Part shown: positions 14,815 to 27,078 of the stretch, one piece after another
How positions within the stretch are numbered: the first letter of the stretch is position 1
Layout of the letters: each line of letters begins with the position of its first letter
NCBI GenBank assembly: GCA_964016885.1
Contig: OZ024744.1
Coordinates: forward strand, 100,378,001 to 100,442,000
Source: Eledone cirrhosa
Lineage: Eukaryota
Length of the DNA: 64,000 nucleotides
Direction: 5' to 3'
Notes under the pieces: generated by a model
The model's database searches: none
Told to the model about the DNA's origin: nothing
The model's input: only the letters and a program-made list of their open reading frames with translations
Program-made: the position numbers and the translations under genes

Positions 14815-15345
14815 TTGCTCTTATCCTTATATATAAATATATATCATCATCATCATCATCATTGTTTAACGCCTGTCCTCCATGCTAGCATGGGTTAGAC
14901 GGGTTTTGCTCTTATCCTTATATATAAGTATATATCATCATCATCATCATCATTGTTTAACGTCTATCTTCCATGCTAGCATGGGTTAGACGGGTTTTGC
15001 TCTTATCCTTATATATAAGTATATATCATCATCATCATCATTGTTTAACATCTATCCTCCATGCTAGCATGGGTTAGACGGGTTTTGCTCTTATCCTTAT
15101 ATATAAATATATATCATCATCATCATCATCATCATCATCATTGTTTAACGCCTATCCTCCATGCTAGCATGGGTTAGACGAGTTTGTCCCATTTGAGGCA
15201 CATAGGGTTGGGTGAGCAATTCTTGCTTGTATAGCACTGTTTCTAGCTGGATGCCCTTCCTAACGCCAACCACATTTACAGTGTGTGCTGGGTGCTTTTT
15301 GCCGTGTTTTCCTATATGACCACTTTACAGTGTGGACTGGGTGTT
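14815..15345 (-). mobile_element. RTE-type 3' end whose terminal ~90 bp ((CAT)n...CCATGCTAGCATGGGTTAGACG plus flank) is tandemly repeated 4 times
   Basis: Four successive TTTTGCTCTTATCCTTATATATA...CATCATCAT...CCATGCTAGCATGGGTTAGACG units, then GGATGCCCTTCCTAAC domain. Confidence 0.75.
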
Positions 15346-15546
15346 TATTATATACATAGGCACCTAGTCCACACTGTAAATGTGGTTGGTGTTAAGAAGG
15401 GCATCCAGCTGTAGAAACTAAGTCAGAAATGGTTCTGTGTGAGCAAGACATGGTCATCTAATCTGACTGGTCTCGCAACAGGATAACCCATCTAACCCAT
15501 GTTAGTGTAGAAAATGGATGTATGTTAAATAGTAATGATGATGATG

Positions 15547-15609
<63 letters not shown>

Positions 15610-15880
15610 GTTTCTACTTTTGACACAAGGCCAGCAATTATCCCAGTACATTACTGGTACTTTATTTTATCGACCCTGTAAGGATGAAAGGCAAAGTTAA
15701 CCTCGGAGGTTTGAACACATATATATATATATATAGTATTATTTATTTTCCTTACGGGGTCGATAAAATAAAGTACCAGTAATGCGCTGGGGTAATTGCT
15801 GGGTAATTGCTGGTAATTGTGCCTAAAGTAGAAACAATTATTTATTTATGTTCATACATGGAACAAAAGCACAAAATTTA

Positions 15881-16160
15881 TGATGGTGGTGGTGGTGGTG
15901 GTAGTGATGATGCTGGTAGTTGTGATGATGATGGTGATTATAATGCTGATGGTGGTGATGATGGTGATTATGATGATGATGGTGGTGATGATGATGGTAG
16001 TGGTGGTGGTGGTGATAGTGATGATGCTGGTAGTTGTGATGATGATGATGGTGATGATGATGGTGGTGGTGGTGGTGGTAGTGGTGGTGTTGGTGGTGGT
16101 GGTGATGATGATGATGATGGTGGTGTTGGTGGTGGTGGTGGTGGTGAGGATGATGATGAT
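15881..16160. repeat. (GGT/GAT)n compound trinucleotide repeat
   Basis: Direct reading; ORFs across it are homopolymeric. Confidence 0.9.
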
Positions 16161-16896
16161 GTACGTCCAAACAGAAGGAGAATGTAAACATGTCATTTGC
16201 CAAAGAAGAAAATAATTGCAATAACAAGAAAAAAAAGGAAAGAAAAAAGAAAAGTTAAACAAGTGAGACAAAAAAAAAAAGATCTGCCATGAGCAAGAGG
16301 CAAGCTTTATTAACAATACACATAAATATATATATATATAGAGAGATAACATACATATACAGGGTGTCCCCCAAAAATGTATACACACTTTGATTGCCTG
16401 TACAAACTATATTTATTAGAATGCTGTTGAAGTGTGTATACATTTATACATATCATCATCATCGTTTAACATCAATGTTTCCATCCACGCTAGAATGGGT
16501 TGGACAAATTGTCCTGTTGTGGGCAATATTAGGTCACGGTGACCATGTCTTCTCGCTCATACAGGACTGAACTGGCTTGGTTTCTACAGCTGGATGCCCT
16601 TCCTAGCACCAACCTCAGTTACAGTGAGTACTGGGAGCTTTTTATTGTGATGCCTACACAATCTCATTACAGTGGACTGGGTGCTTTTTACCGTGTCACT
16701 ATCCTGACCACTTTACAGTGTTTTGGCCTGTCCTCATGAGAGATGTATGGGAAGGTGGGATGGGGTGGTGCATATATGCCACAGCTTCAGCCTGTGCCTG
16801 TGGCAGGTCAGGTCTTCTGTAATACCACATAATGCCAGAGATCTCGGTCCTGAGTCATCACCTTTGAGAGGCGCAACTGGACAAATATATATGTAT

Positions 16897-17238
16897 ATCA
16901 TCATCATCATCATCATTTTAAGTCCGCCTTTCTCTGCTTGCAAGGATGGGACAGGAACTGATTCTGGCTTGATTTCTACAGCTGGATGCCCTTCCTAACA
17001 CCAACCTCATTTACATTGAGTGCTGGGTGCTTTTTTGCCATGGCACCTCCACGACCACTTTGCAGTGGAATGATAGGGACCACAGTCCCTATCATCTCAT
17101 TTCTACAGCTGAGGAAACTGGAGCAATGTGAAATAAAGTGTCTTGCTCAAGGAAACAACACATCACCCAGTCTGAGAATTGAACTCACAACATTTCGATT
17201 GCAAGGCCAATGCTCTAACCACTAAGCCATGTGCCTCC
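16897..17238 (-). mobile_element. tRNA-derived CORE-type SINE (family A), in the presumed AASDH 3' UTR
   Basis: Reverse complement of GGAGGCACATGGCTTAGTGGTTAGAGC (A box), GAGTTCAATTC (B box), CORE-like TCCTTGAGCAAGACACTT...CAGTTT..CTCAGCTGTAGAAATG, (GAT)n tail. Confidence 0.85.
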
Positions 17239-17286
17239 CCCTTATTTATATATATACACATAACTTTGATTTTGGAGGGGGAAATA

Positions 17287-17802
17287 TTACTGTGAAAATG
17301 TTAAACAATAAATAGAATCATCTCGACATCCAACAACAATGTTTGTCCCGAGAATAACAGGTGAAGAAAATACTTCTCCAGGTAAACTGAAATTTCCTAA
17401 TGCACAACCACAAGATATGCAAATGATATGCAAATTACCATCCGTCGAGAAAACAACAGTAACATCATCACTTACACACGTATCTAATGACGGACATTTT
17501 TCGTTACGACCGTCTGTGTTTGTAGATGACTGATTATGTCTTTTCAAATGTAAATTAGATGACGATGATGATGTTGTTGAATTAATTGTTGGTGTTGATA
17601 AATGTAGGTTCGTTAAGATCGACGGCTTTGCGTAGATCTTGGAATGGACGTTTGTTTTCCAACAAAGTTCGCCGTTGATTGTAAAACAATAGACGTATTG
17701 GTTGAATGACCCACATATTAGGGTTTCTAGGGTCCTCTTTTCACGAGGTGGAATGCAAACTGGAGACGAAAAAATTGGACCGCCAGTACTTTTCTCCCAT
17801 AT
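17287..17802 (-). CDS. AASDH: AASDH/ACSF4 last coding exon (PQQ-like beta-propeller C-terminus)
   Basis: Acceptor TTTACAG at 17803-17809, phase 0, 516 nt: IWEKSTGGPIFSSPVC...GSFNQYVYCF...WKTNVHSKIYAKP...STDGNLHI...LPGEVFSSPVILGTNIVVGCRDDSIYCLTFSQ*; matches recalled vertebrate AASDH C-terminus (GPIFSSP...STDG...LPGEVFSSPVV...IGCRDNYVYCL). Confidence 0.92.
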   Translation of the reverse strand: MWEKSTGGPIFSSPVCIPPREKRTLETLICGSFNQYVYCFTINGELCWKTNVHSKIYAKPSILTNLHLSTPTINSTTSSSSSNLHLKRHNQSSTNTDGRNEKCPSLDTCVSDDVTVVFSTDGNLHIICISCGCALGNFSLPGEVFSSPVILGTNIVVGCRDDSIYCLTFSQ

Positions 17803-17877
17803 CTGTAAATAATAACAAATATTTCAAAGTAGATATTAGTTTGATTATCTATGGTGTGTAAGTATGTATCTATGTGG

Positions 17878-17883
17878 ACATGT

Positions 17884-17918
<35 letters not shown>

Positions 17919-18260
17919 AATATTGGCACACACACACTCACAAAAATGCATGTACATACACACACATACAGATGCTTACACACACTGAGGCATGTACACA
18001 CACACACAAATACTTGCACACACACACACACACATATACACACAAATATTGGCACACACACACTCACACAAATGCATGTACATACACACACATACAGATG
18101 CTTACACACACACACATACATGCACACAAACACAAATGCATGGTCACACACATGTGCACATACTCATGTGCACATACACACACAAATGCAAGTTCACATT
18201 CACACACACAAAGGCATACACATACATAACATGCTCACACACACATGGTCACATACACAT
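17878..18260. repeat. Degenerate (CA)n-rich low-complexity region with internal duplication
   Basis: Direct reading. Confidence 0.85.
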
Positions 18261-18465
18261 ATATTATTTGGTAGAAAGTAACTTTGAAGTGTCACTGATG
18301 GTAACTTATTCAAACTATTTCAAGAATGAACTACCAGTGAAAGTTTGAAATAACTTACGTCAACAACATTATAAATATTGGACCATCCACATGTATTGAG
18401 TCCTATATTCAGCTAACGTTTGTTTTTTTGTATCTAAAAACACTTTTCTTTGATTACACAGAGAG

Positions 18466-18497
<32 letters not shown>

Positions 18498-18499
<2 letters not shown>

Positions 18500-18818
18500 G
18501 TAGATAAATCTACCAAAATATACGGTAGTGTCCAATCCGTATGAAGAACTCAATGTAATCCAAATATCATGAAAAGAGAAAATGTATTCAAAAATTTTTC
18601 CGATGAAAATCACAGGAAAACAGAGTCAAGATAAATTAATAAAAACAATGAATAAAAACAAAGAAACAGTTCCTTATATTAAAAAATTCATCATTTTACG
18701 ATCGTTTCTAGGATATATATGTTTATGTTGGTATGTATATCATATAGATCTATGTAAAAATTTTACAAACTATCAGAGGGAATATATATACTTACACATA
18801 TATATGCTGTCTTCAGAA

Positions 18819-18869
<51 letters not shown>

Positions 18870-20080
18870 GTAATAATAATAAATTTGAAGACTAAAATCC
18901 AAAGAGGGCTCGATAAGGATAAATATATATCAAATATATAAGAACTGTAGAGCAAATATTTATTAAAATAACAGTTTAAGCAAAGAATCGCTCCTTTCAC
19001 CCTTAACAGGATCTTAAGCAGCGATTCTTTGCTTAAACTTTAATCTGTTATTTTAATAAATATATATATATATATATACACTTATATTTTACATATTATT
19101 ATAATTAGTTTTTTTAATTTAGTTAACCTATAATTAGTACTTTACTACAGAGAACTTGATAATTTTATTTCCCTCTTACAGCTCTCTTTTCCTAAAATTA
19201 ATACCTAAAAGTATACATATAAATTAATTTAATTTCCTGTTATGAATCTAGATTCCTTGTAGTTTATATAAGATTGGTATTTCTCACTACTACCCTTATC
19301 CCAAAATTTGATTTTCCTTCGTTTTTAACAACATTCTTTAATAACATCTAATTCTTATTTATCACATCCATATGAAGTAATATAAATTTATCCCTATAAG
19401 TATACCTATCAATTAATTTAATTTATTGTTATAGATCTAGATTCCTTGTGGTTTAAATAAGATTGGTATTTCTAACTTACCCTAAAATTTTACTTTCCTT
19501 CGTTTTTTTAACACTATTCTTTAATAACATCAAATTCTTCACCGGCTTGACCTCTTTTCATCTCCAAAGTATTCTTTTCATTCAAAGTATTCTTTCCACT
19601 CAAAACTTAAGTCTGCACCCCTCTACCCCTAAATTAAATTTCTACTACTACTATTCTATCAACTTGACCTCTTACTACTTTTCCATTGGTCAATTCAAAA
19701 CCTGTTCCCAAACAGACCTATTATATTAAATCTTTGTTGTTTTTTTCAATAAACAAATCTCATCATTTCTGAAGACAGCATATATATGTGAAGATATGTA
19801 TATTTCCTCTGATAGTTTGTAATATTTTTACATAGATCTATATGATATACATACCAACACACATATATATCCTAGAAACGATCGTTAAATGATGAATTTT
19901 TAATATAAGGAATTTGTTCTTTGTTTTTATTCATTGTTTTTATTAATTTATCTTGACTCTGTTTTCCTATGATTTTCATCGAAAATTTTTGAATGCATCT
20001 TCTCTTTTTATGATATTTGGATTACATTGAGTTCTTCATATGGATTGGACACTACCGTATATTTTGGTAGATTTATCTAC
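18498..20080. mobile_element. Foldback element (arms ~18498-18820 and ~19765-20080) flanked by (TA)n, with hammerhead motif; Penelope-like remnant
   Basis: GTAGATAAATCTACCAAAATATACGGTAGTGTCCAATCC... is the reverse complement of ...GGATTGGACACTACCGTATATTTTGGTAGATTTATCTAC over ~320 bp. Confidence 0.75.
19760..19895 (+). ncRNA. Type I hammerhead ribozyme-like fold with long stem II
   Basis: TCATCATTT-CTGAAGA-[..ATATATATGTG...CACATATATAT..]-GAAA-CGATCG-TT-AAATGATGA: 9-bp stem I, palindromic stem III; base of stem II mismatched. Confidence 0.7.
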
Positions 20081-20252
20081 ATATATACTTGTGTATATAT
20101 ATATTTGTATATATATATATATATATTTGTATCATCATCATCATCATCATCATCATTTTACGTCCGCTTTTCCCTGCTTGCAAGGGTATATATATATTTG
20201 TATATATATATATATATATATATACATTTGTATATATATTTGTATATATATA

Positions 20253-21092
20253 CAGGGTGCGGACGATATTTGTTCGCAATTTTCAACTGCTAATTTTATG
20301 CAAATTTTTTTTACTTCCATTGTCACTCTTGTCTTCATAAAAACAGTGACTATATTTCCATTATTTATTTTCAGAATAATTGATTATGAATAATTTTGAA
20401 CCTCCAAATTTGTGGAAGAGACACGGAGTTCTTCTTGGAATCTGAGCCGGGAGGACAAATAAGGAAATTTCAGGCTCCTAGAACAACAGGTGGCAGCTGT
20501 CTCATCCAAAGACGTGCCCAGAGTCATGCAGACAAAGTTTCCAGTGACAACATTGGTCTTAGGTGTCGTCAGCTGTCAAGGTGACGTCATGCCACCTCAC
20601 TCCTTCCCTGAGGGCCTCAAGCTGAACACCGATGGCTACATCCGCGTTCTGAGCGAGGTAGTAAAGCCCTGGATCGACCAGGTAGCTGCAGGTAGGCCGT
20701 ACGTGTGGCAGCAAGACTCAGTGCCCTGCCATACCAGCCGAAAGACCCAAGCCTGGCTGTCAAAGAACTTCATTGACCACTCTTCACCTGACATCTGGCC
20801 TCCCAGCTCGCCTGACTGCAACCCCCTCGACATCTTTGTGTGGGGCGCAGTGGAACGAGACACCAACAGATCTAGCTGCAATACGAAAGACGATCTGAAG
20901 ACCTGGATCAGAAGTGCCTTTAGGGGCCTAAGTTCCGAGGCCACCTTGAGGCCGTCATCAAAGCCAGTGGCGAGTTTATCGAATGAAGAAGTCATGAAGA
21001 CAAACTGTTTGATAAATAAATCTTAAAAAATAAAACTACTGTGTTATTTTTTCCTAGACACTAATCTTGCGGTCAATATCATCCGCACCCTG
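20253..21092 (+). mobile_element. Internally deleted Tc1/mariner element, DD37D (maT) family, in a (TA)n tract
   Basis: TIRs CAGGGTGCGGACGATATT / AATATCATCCGCACCCTG with flanking TA; ORF 20490-21026 has WQQDSVPCH...WPPSSPDCNPLD with 37 residues between the 2nd and 3rd Asp. Confidence 0.9.
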
Positions 21093-21094
21093 TA

Positions 21095-21133
<39 letters not shown>

Positions 21134-21148
21134 GTATATATATATTTG

Positions 21149-21185
<37 letters not shown>

Positions 21186-21278
21186 ATATATATATATATA
21201 TTTGTATATATATATATATATTTGTATATATATATATATTTGTATATATATATATATATTTGTATATATATATAAATA

Positions 21279-22918
21279 TCATCATCATCATCATCACCAT
21301 TTTACGTCCGCTCTTCCCTGCTTGCAAGGGTGGGACGGGTTTTATTCAGCATAGCATCTCCCCACTTGTCACAGTCCTTCGTCATCTCCACCTTGAGCTT
21401 CAGCGATCTGAGGTCTGTTCTCACCACCTCCGCCCATGTTTTACGTGGTCTACCTCTACCACGTCTTCCTTCAACTGGTATTTCCTGGCACTTCTTCACC
21501 CATCGGTCATCCTCCATACCACCTCAGTCTCCTCTCCCGTACATTACATTCTATCCCTCTCAGACACAGTTTCTCTCTCAACACATTCATGCTGGGTCGT
21601 TCACGCACATTGATACTGCACATCCAACGGAGCATGCTTGCCTCATTTCTCTCCAGCCGTCGCATATCCTCTGCAGTTGCTGCCCATGTCTCACTACCAT
21701 GCAGCATCACGCACCTCACACAGGCATCATATAACCGGCCTTTCGTACGCAGGGAGAAACCCTTCTTCGTCAGCAGAGGAAGCAGCTCCCTAAACTTCTT
21801 CCAACCCGTCCTTATTCTAGATACTACGGCCTCAGAACACCCCCCTCCCATGCTAATTTGATCTTCTAGGTACTGGCAGCTATCCACCACTTCTATAGCA
21901 CCCGCTTGCATTTGAAAAATGTGTCTATCAATGCGACTTCTACTGTCTAATTTCCCTGTACATCTACTGCATACATATTTCTCCCTACCTGTTAGTTTGC
22001 CTGCTATCCCACTACATCTCTTGTGTACCCAGGATCTGCATTGTGTGCATTTTATAGAATTTATGCCAGTTCCTTTTCTGCATATCGAACATGGCTATTT
22101 CCCTGATGGAATCAGAGTTTGTCCTCTTTTCTACTCATCAACACTTTTGTCTTAGCTAAGTTCACTCTCAGACCTCTTGATTCCAACTGCTGTTTCCATA
22201 GCCAGAATTTATTCTCTAGCTCCTCTACTGATTCTGCTATAAGAACCAGATCATCAGCATAGAGAAGTTCCCATGGACAGCCAGTCTTAAACTCCTCTGT
22301 TATGGCTTGGAGGACTATAATGAACAAGAGCGGGCTGAGGACCGAACTCTGATGTACTCCTACTTGTATCTGGAATTCCTCACTAAACTCCATTCCTACC
22401 CTGACTTTACTGACAGTACCTCTGTACAAAGTTTGCACTGTCCTCACAAGCCATTCCTCAACACCTAGTTTCCTTAGGGACCACCAGATGACAGATCGGG
22501 GTACCCTATCAAAGGCCTTCTCTAGGTCAATAAAGGCTAAGTATAGTGGCTTATTCTTCTCTAAGAACCTCTCTTGCAATTGTCTCACCAAGAAGAGGGC
22601 ATCTGTTGTACTCTTCCCAGGCACAAAACCAAACTGCATCTCATCTAGTTTGACCCTTTCTCTAATTAGTTGTGCTAATATCCTTTCTGCCACTTTCATA
22701 ACCTGATCCATCAGTTTTATACCCCTATAATTGCTCCTCCCCAGAGCATCCCCTTTACCTTTGTATCAATTTATGAGAATACTGCTGCACCAGTCTTTGC
22801 GTATGACACCACCATATATAGCCTGATAGATGATGCGTGCAACCAGTTTAGTGCCTACGTCCCCTGATGCCTTCAGCATCTCAGCAACTATTCCCGATGG
22901 TCCGGCAGCCTTACCATT
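21279..22918 (-). mobile_element. 5'-truncated, frameshifted RTE LINE
   Basis: ORF fragments with QFGFVPGKSTTDA, FIDLEKAFDRV, LLYADD, RRLRWYG; (GAT)n tail; same family restarts at 63848. Confidence 0.93.
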
Positions 22919-23104
22919 TTTTGTATATTTAGATATATATATAGATGTATATATATTGTTATACTTGGGGAGGGTCATATTTGTATAATAATATTGCCAG
23001 AATTAATAACAGAACACACTCACTGTATATATATATATATATATATTTAATATAGAAAAGGCTTCTACAGGACTAGAACTGTTTCATTCGGGAGAAATCA
23101 TCAG

Positions 23105-23155
23105 GGCTTCCTGATGATTTCTCCCAAATGAAACAGTTCTAATCCTGTAGAAGCC
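23105..23155 (+). ncRNA. Type I hammerhead ribozyme within hairpin element 23045-23240
   Basis: GGCTTC-CTGATGA-TTTCTCCCAAAT-GAAA-CAG(TTCTAATC)CTG-TA-GAAGCC: 6-bp stem I, 3-bp stem III, GUA site; weak stem II. Confidence 0.75.
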
Positions 23156-23519
23156 TTTTCTATATTAGATATTTATACTCTGCTTTGTATTGAGTACCTT
23201 ACTTACTGTGGTTACCCCCGATTGAACCAGGGATAAACTTATATATATATCATCATCATCATCATTTAATGTCTATCTTCCACACTAGCATGGGTTATAC
23301 AGAGTTGTCCCGTTTTGAAAGATTTCTAATCTGAAAACATGTGTTGAAACAGATATTGTTGTAAATTTCCAGTTATTGAATCAACCAACCGAAAATTTAT
23401 AATAAATTGAAGTGAAAACCAACAGGTGCGTGTGTTTTTATTGGCAACATGACCCTCCCAAAGTATAACAATATATATATATATATATAAACCTAGTCGG
23501 TAGGCACCTCTTAACCCAA

Positions 23520-23838
23520 TATACACCCCATCCCACACCCCCTACTCCATCCTCCCACTTCCCTCCACTGTAAAAAGGTTGTGTAGGTGACACGACAAAA
23601 AGCACCCAGTCCACGCTGTAAAGTGGTCGTGTAGGAGACACGGTAAAAAACCTCCCAGTCCACACTGTAAATGTGGTTGGTGTTAGGAAGGGCATCCAGC
23701 TGTAGAAAACCTGCTAGATACAGTCCTATATGAGCGAGACATGGTCACCCGACCAATCTCGCTTCAAGTGGGACAATTCCCGTCTAACCCATACTAGTGT
23801 GGAAGATGGACGTTAAAAGATGATGATGATGATGATGA
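23520..23838 (+). mobile_element. RTE 3'-UTR fragment ending in (GAT)n
   Basis: GGTGTTAGGAAGGGCATCCAGCTGTAGAAA domain and CTAACCCAT.CTAG.GTGGAAGATGGACGTTAAA(GAT)n end, as in the LINE UTRs at 48314-48613 and 52491-52869. Confidence 0.75.
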
Positions 23839-23921
23839 ATATATATATTTATATCATCATCATCATCATCATCGTTTAACATCTATCTTCCACGCTAGCA
23901 TGGGTTAGATATATATATATG

Positions 23922-24243
23922 AAGGCGCAATCGAAAGGTTGTGATTTCAATTCTCAGACCGGGTGATGTGTTGTTTCCTTGAGCAAGACACTTTATTTCA
24001 CATTGCTCCAGTTTACTCAGCTGTAGAAATGAGATGATAGGGACTGGGGTCCCTATCATTCCACTGCAAAGTGGTCGTGGAGGTGCCACGGCAAAAAAGC
24101 ACCCAGCTCACACTGTAAATGAGGTTGATGTTAGGAAGGGCATCCAGCTGTAGAAATCAAGCCAGAATCAGTTCCCGTCCCACCCTTGCAAGCAGGGAAA
24201 AGAGGACGTAAAATGATGATGATGATGATGACGATGATGATGA
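23922..24243 (+). mobile_element. SINE family A copy (head partly deleted)
   Basis: Same sequence as 29411-29760. Confidence 0.85.
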
Positions 24244-24265
24244 TATATATATATATATATATATA

Positions 24266-24432
24266 CTGTATCTCTCGACGTCGAAGATGCTACTTTTTTC
24301 CTAAAACAAGTTTCAAAAATCTACCCTGCGTCCTGGAGGCCGAAGGTTGTTTGATTATTTTTTTTCAAATTTTTCATTGTCAAAATTAGGGTGTGTCCTC
24401 GAGGACGAAGTGTCTTCGGCATCGGGAAATAC

Positions 24433-24434
<2 letters not shown>
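24266..24434. mobile_element. MITE with degenerate C(C/T)GTAT... TIRs and flanking TA (pogo/Tc2-like)
   Basis: TA-CTGTATCTCTCGACGTCGAAGA ... TCTTCGGCATCGGGAAATACGG-TA. Confidence 0.65.
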
Positions 24435-24471
<37 letters not shown>

Positions 24472-24673
24472 AAGATGAAATAAAGATGGTTATAAAAGTT
24501 CCATATATTTTATTATACGTATTTCGAATACAAAATCATCCTGGGACAGATGTTGTGTTCTCTTCAGATAAAAAATAAGGTACAATGATATGAGGCATAA
24601 TAGCACTTGTTTATAGGAAAGAGCACTTTCCTACAAACAAGTGCTATTATGCTTCATATCATTGTACCTTATT

Positions 24674-24736
24674 TTTTATCTGAAGAGAACACATCTGTCC
24701 CAGGATGATTTTGTATTCGAAATACGTATAATAAAA
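24674..24736 (+). ncRNA. Type I hammerhead ribozyme (mirror copy on minus strand at 24508-24573) in near-perfect hairpin 24465-24780
   Basis: TTTTAT-CTGAAGA-GAACAC...GTATTC-GAAA-TACGTA-TA-ATAAAA. Confidence 0.75.
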
Positions 24737-24983
24737 TATATGGAACTCTTATAACTATCTTTATTTCATCTTTATTATATATATTCCAGCCAGTTCTACC
24801 AACTGTTGAGTGCTACTTATCTGATATATGCATAGTTTTATTGTTCTACAATATTACCCACCTTCTATATATATATATATATATATATAGTTTCTTCATC
24901 ATACACTCTCATCCAGGAACAGTTCTGTATGGCGCCAGTACGTGATTTGAACTCGGGAATTTTATATTCTCCGAGTGAGAAGA

Positions 24984-25067
24984 ACCCTCTGATGAAAGTC
25001 TTCTTCTCAATGGATTTCCGCATGGATTATCCATTTATTTTGAAACTTGAAACTGCGCGGTAAGGGT
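24984..25067 (+). ncRNA. Type I hammerhead ribozyme
   Basis: ACCCT-CTGATGA-AAGT...ACTT-GAAA-CTGCGCGG-TA-AGGGT: stems I, II and III all pair, canonical core, GUA site. Confidence 0.85.
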
Positions 25068-25137
25068 AATTATAGCAGGTATAGTGAACTTTTTAAAATT
25101 TATTTTAAAACTTTTTCTTATTTGCTAAACCTTGATT

Positions 25138-25478
25138 CATCATCATCATCATCATTTCATTTTACGTCCACTTTTTCCCTGCTTGCAAGGGTGGGACGGG
25201 AACTGATTCTGGCTTGATTTCTACAACTGGATGCCCTTCCTAACACCAACCTCATTTACAGTGTGGGCTGGGTGCCTTTTTGCCGTGGCACCTCCACGAC
25301 CACTTTGCAGTGGAATGATAGGGGCCCCAGTCCCTATCATCTCATTTCTACAGCTGAGTAAACTGGAGCAATGTGAAATAAAGTGTCTTGCTCAAGGAAA
25401 CAACACATCACCTGGTCTGAGAATTGAACTCACAACTTTTCGATTGCCAATGCTCTAACCACTAAGCCATGTGCCTCA
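25138..25478 (-). mobile_element. SINE family A copy
   Basis: Same sequence as 16897-17238. Confidence 0.85.
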
Positions 25479-25496
25479 AATACTCTTAATTCCGAT

Positions 25497-25632
<136 letters not shown>

Positions 25633-25821
25633 ATCGGAATTAAGAGTATTCCGCAGTTCACTGTAATAATAATAATAATAATAATAGTATTAGCTCAAAG
25701 AAGAATAGAAAATTTCCTTCTGAGCTCAAATGCAAGTATATATTACACAAAGAGAAGTGTGTTACACAGTGAGATGTGTGTAAAGAATTATTACAAGTGA
25801 TTTCACCGTTACTGTATAGGG

Positions 25822-25870
<49 letters not shown>

Positions 25871-25893
25871 CAAAACAAAATAATATTCCTTAC

Positions 25894-26025
25894 CAAAGAT
25901 CCTTCATTACTTATGTGATATAAATATTCATTAACACAGCCAATTAAAACTCCTTTACTAGTGACACATGGAGTAGTGAAAAGGGGTTTATGGAAGTCAT
26001 ATTTCCACTGGATAGCACCATCAAA
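25894..26025 (-). CDS. AASDH: AASDH penultimate exon (not in the ORF track)
   Basis: TCTCTCTTTTAG acceptor, GTAAGG donor, 132 nt phase 0-0: FDGAIQWKYDFHKPLFTTPCVTSKGVLIGCVNEYLYHISNEGSL, resembling AASDH TGNVIWKHSCGKPLFSSPQ...IGCVDG. Confidence 0.88.
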
Positions 26026-27078
26026 CTAAAAGAGAGAACAAAACATAGAATTAAACCATTGCTTGCTAGTCATTAATAACACTGGGCAACACACTTGCTG
26101 ACTTAGGTTTTGTTGTTGTTTTTAGCTAAGTTTAAAGTATTAATTTCAAATATGGCATCCATTTTTTCCTAACACATCAGGTTTTCATGTTTGCCTTTCA
26201 CTCAGTTATCCCATAAACCCAGGAAACTCAGATATTTTGTTGGCCAAGTGAAAACTTAACGTGATAGGAAAAAAGTATTGTCATTTTAAAACTCAGTGGC
26301 CCTAAATTACTCAAGAACAGGTCTCAAACTTTGGTCAGCAGAAAAAAAGCAAAATTTTGTTGTACAGGGTACTATCTTTTTTAGTTGTGGATGGGGCCAA
26401 TATGGACCAGCCCATTGATAAAAAACATAATGTGATAGAAAAAAGTATTGTCATTTTTTAAACTCAGTGGTCCCAAATTACTGAAGAACAAGTCTCAAAC
26501 TTAGGTCAGCAGAAAAAGATCAAAATTTTGTTGACCAGTTTAATTTATGTTCATTTTGTCATAGCCTCAAACATCATCATCAACATCATAATCATTCCTA
26601 CTACCAATCCTATCATTTCATTCCTTCAATTATGCACTTCATTCATTAACACTCTCGTGATTGTAGTCAAATAACGGAGAATTTGGTGAGATTTACTAAA
26701 ATTAATAATTATTTCATACTAAGACAGAAACTTAACATATGGTTGTTATATAAAATTTTGTTTGAAATTTTTTGTAACTATATTTCTAATGAAATATACC
26801 CTATTTCACTTAATTAATGAAGAATGTTGAGGGATCTACTAAAATTAGTAATTATTTCATTACTAGACTGTTATATAAAATTGTGTTGGAAGATTTTAAT
26901 TTAACCCTTTGTGACTGTATTTCTAATGAAATAGACTTAATTTCAATTAATTAATGAAGAATTTTGAGAGATTAACTAAAATTATTAATTTTTTCATTAC
27001 TAAGACAGAAACTTAACATATGGTTCTTATATAGAATTATATTGAAATATATTATTTCAATAGGAACCAGAGAAATAT

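Noticed and set aside
15807-16388. Poly-His/Gly/Asp ORFs
   Set aside because: Trinucleotide repeat artefacts
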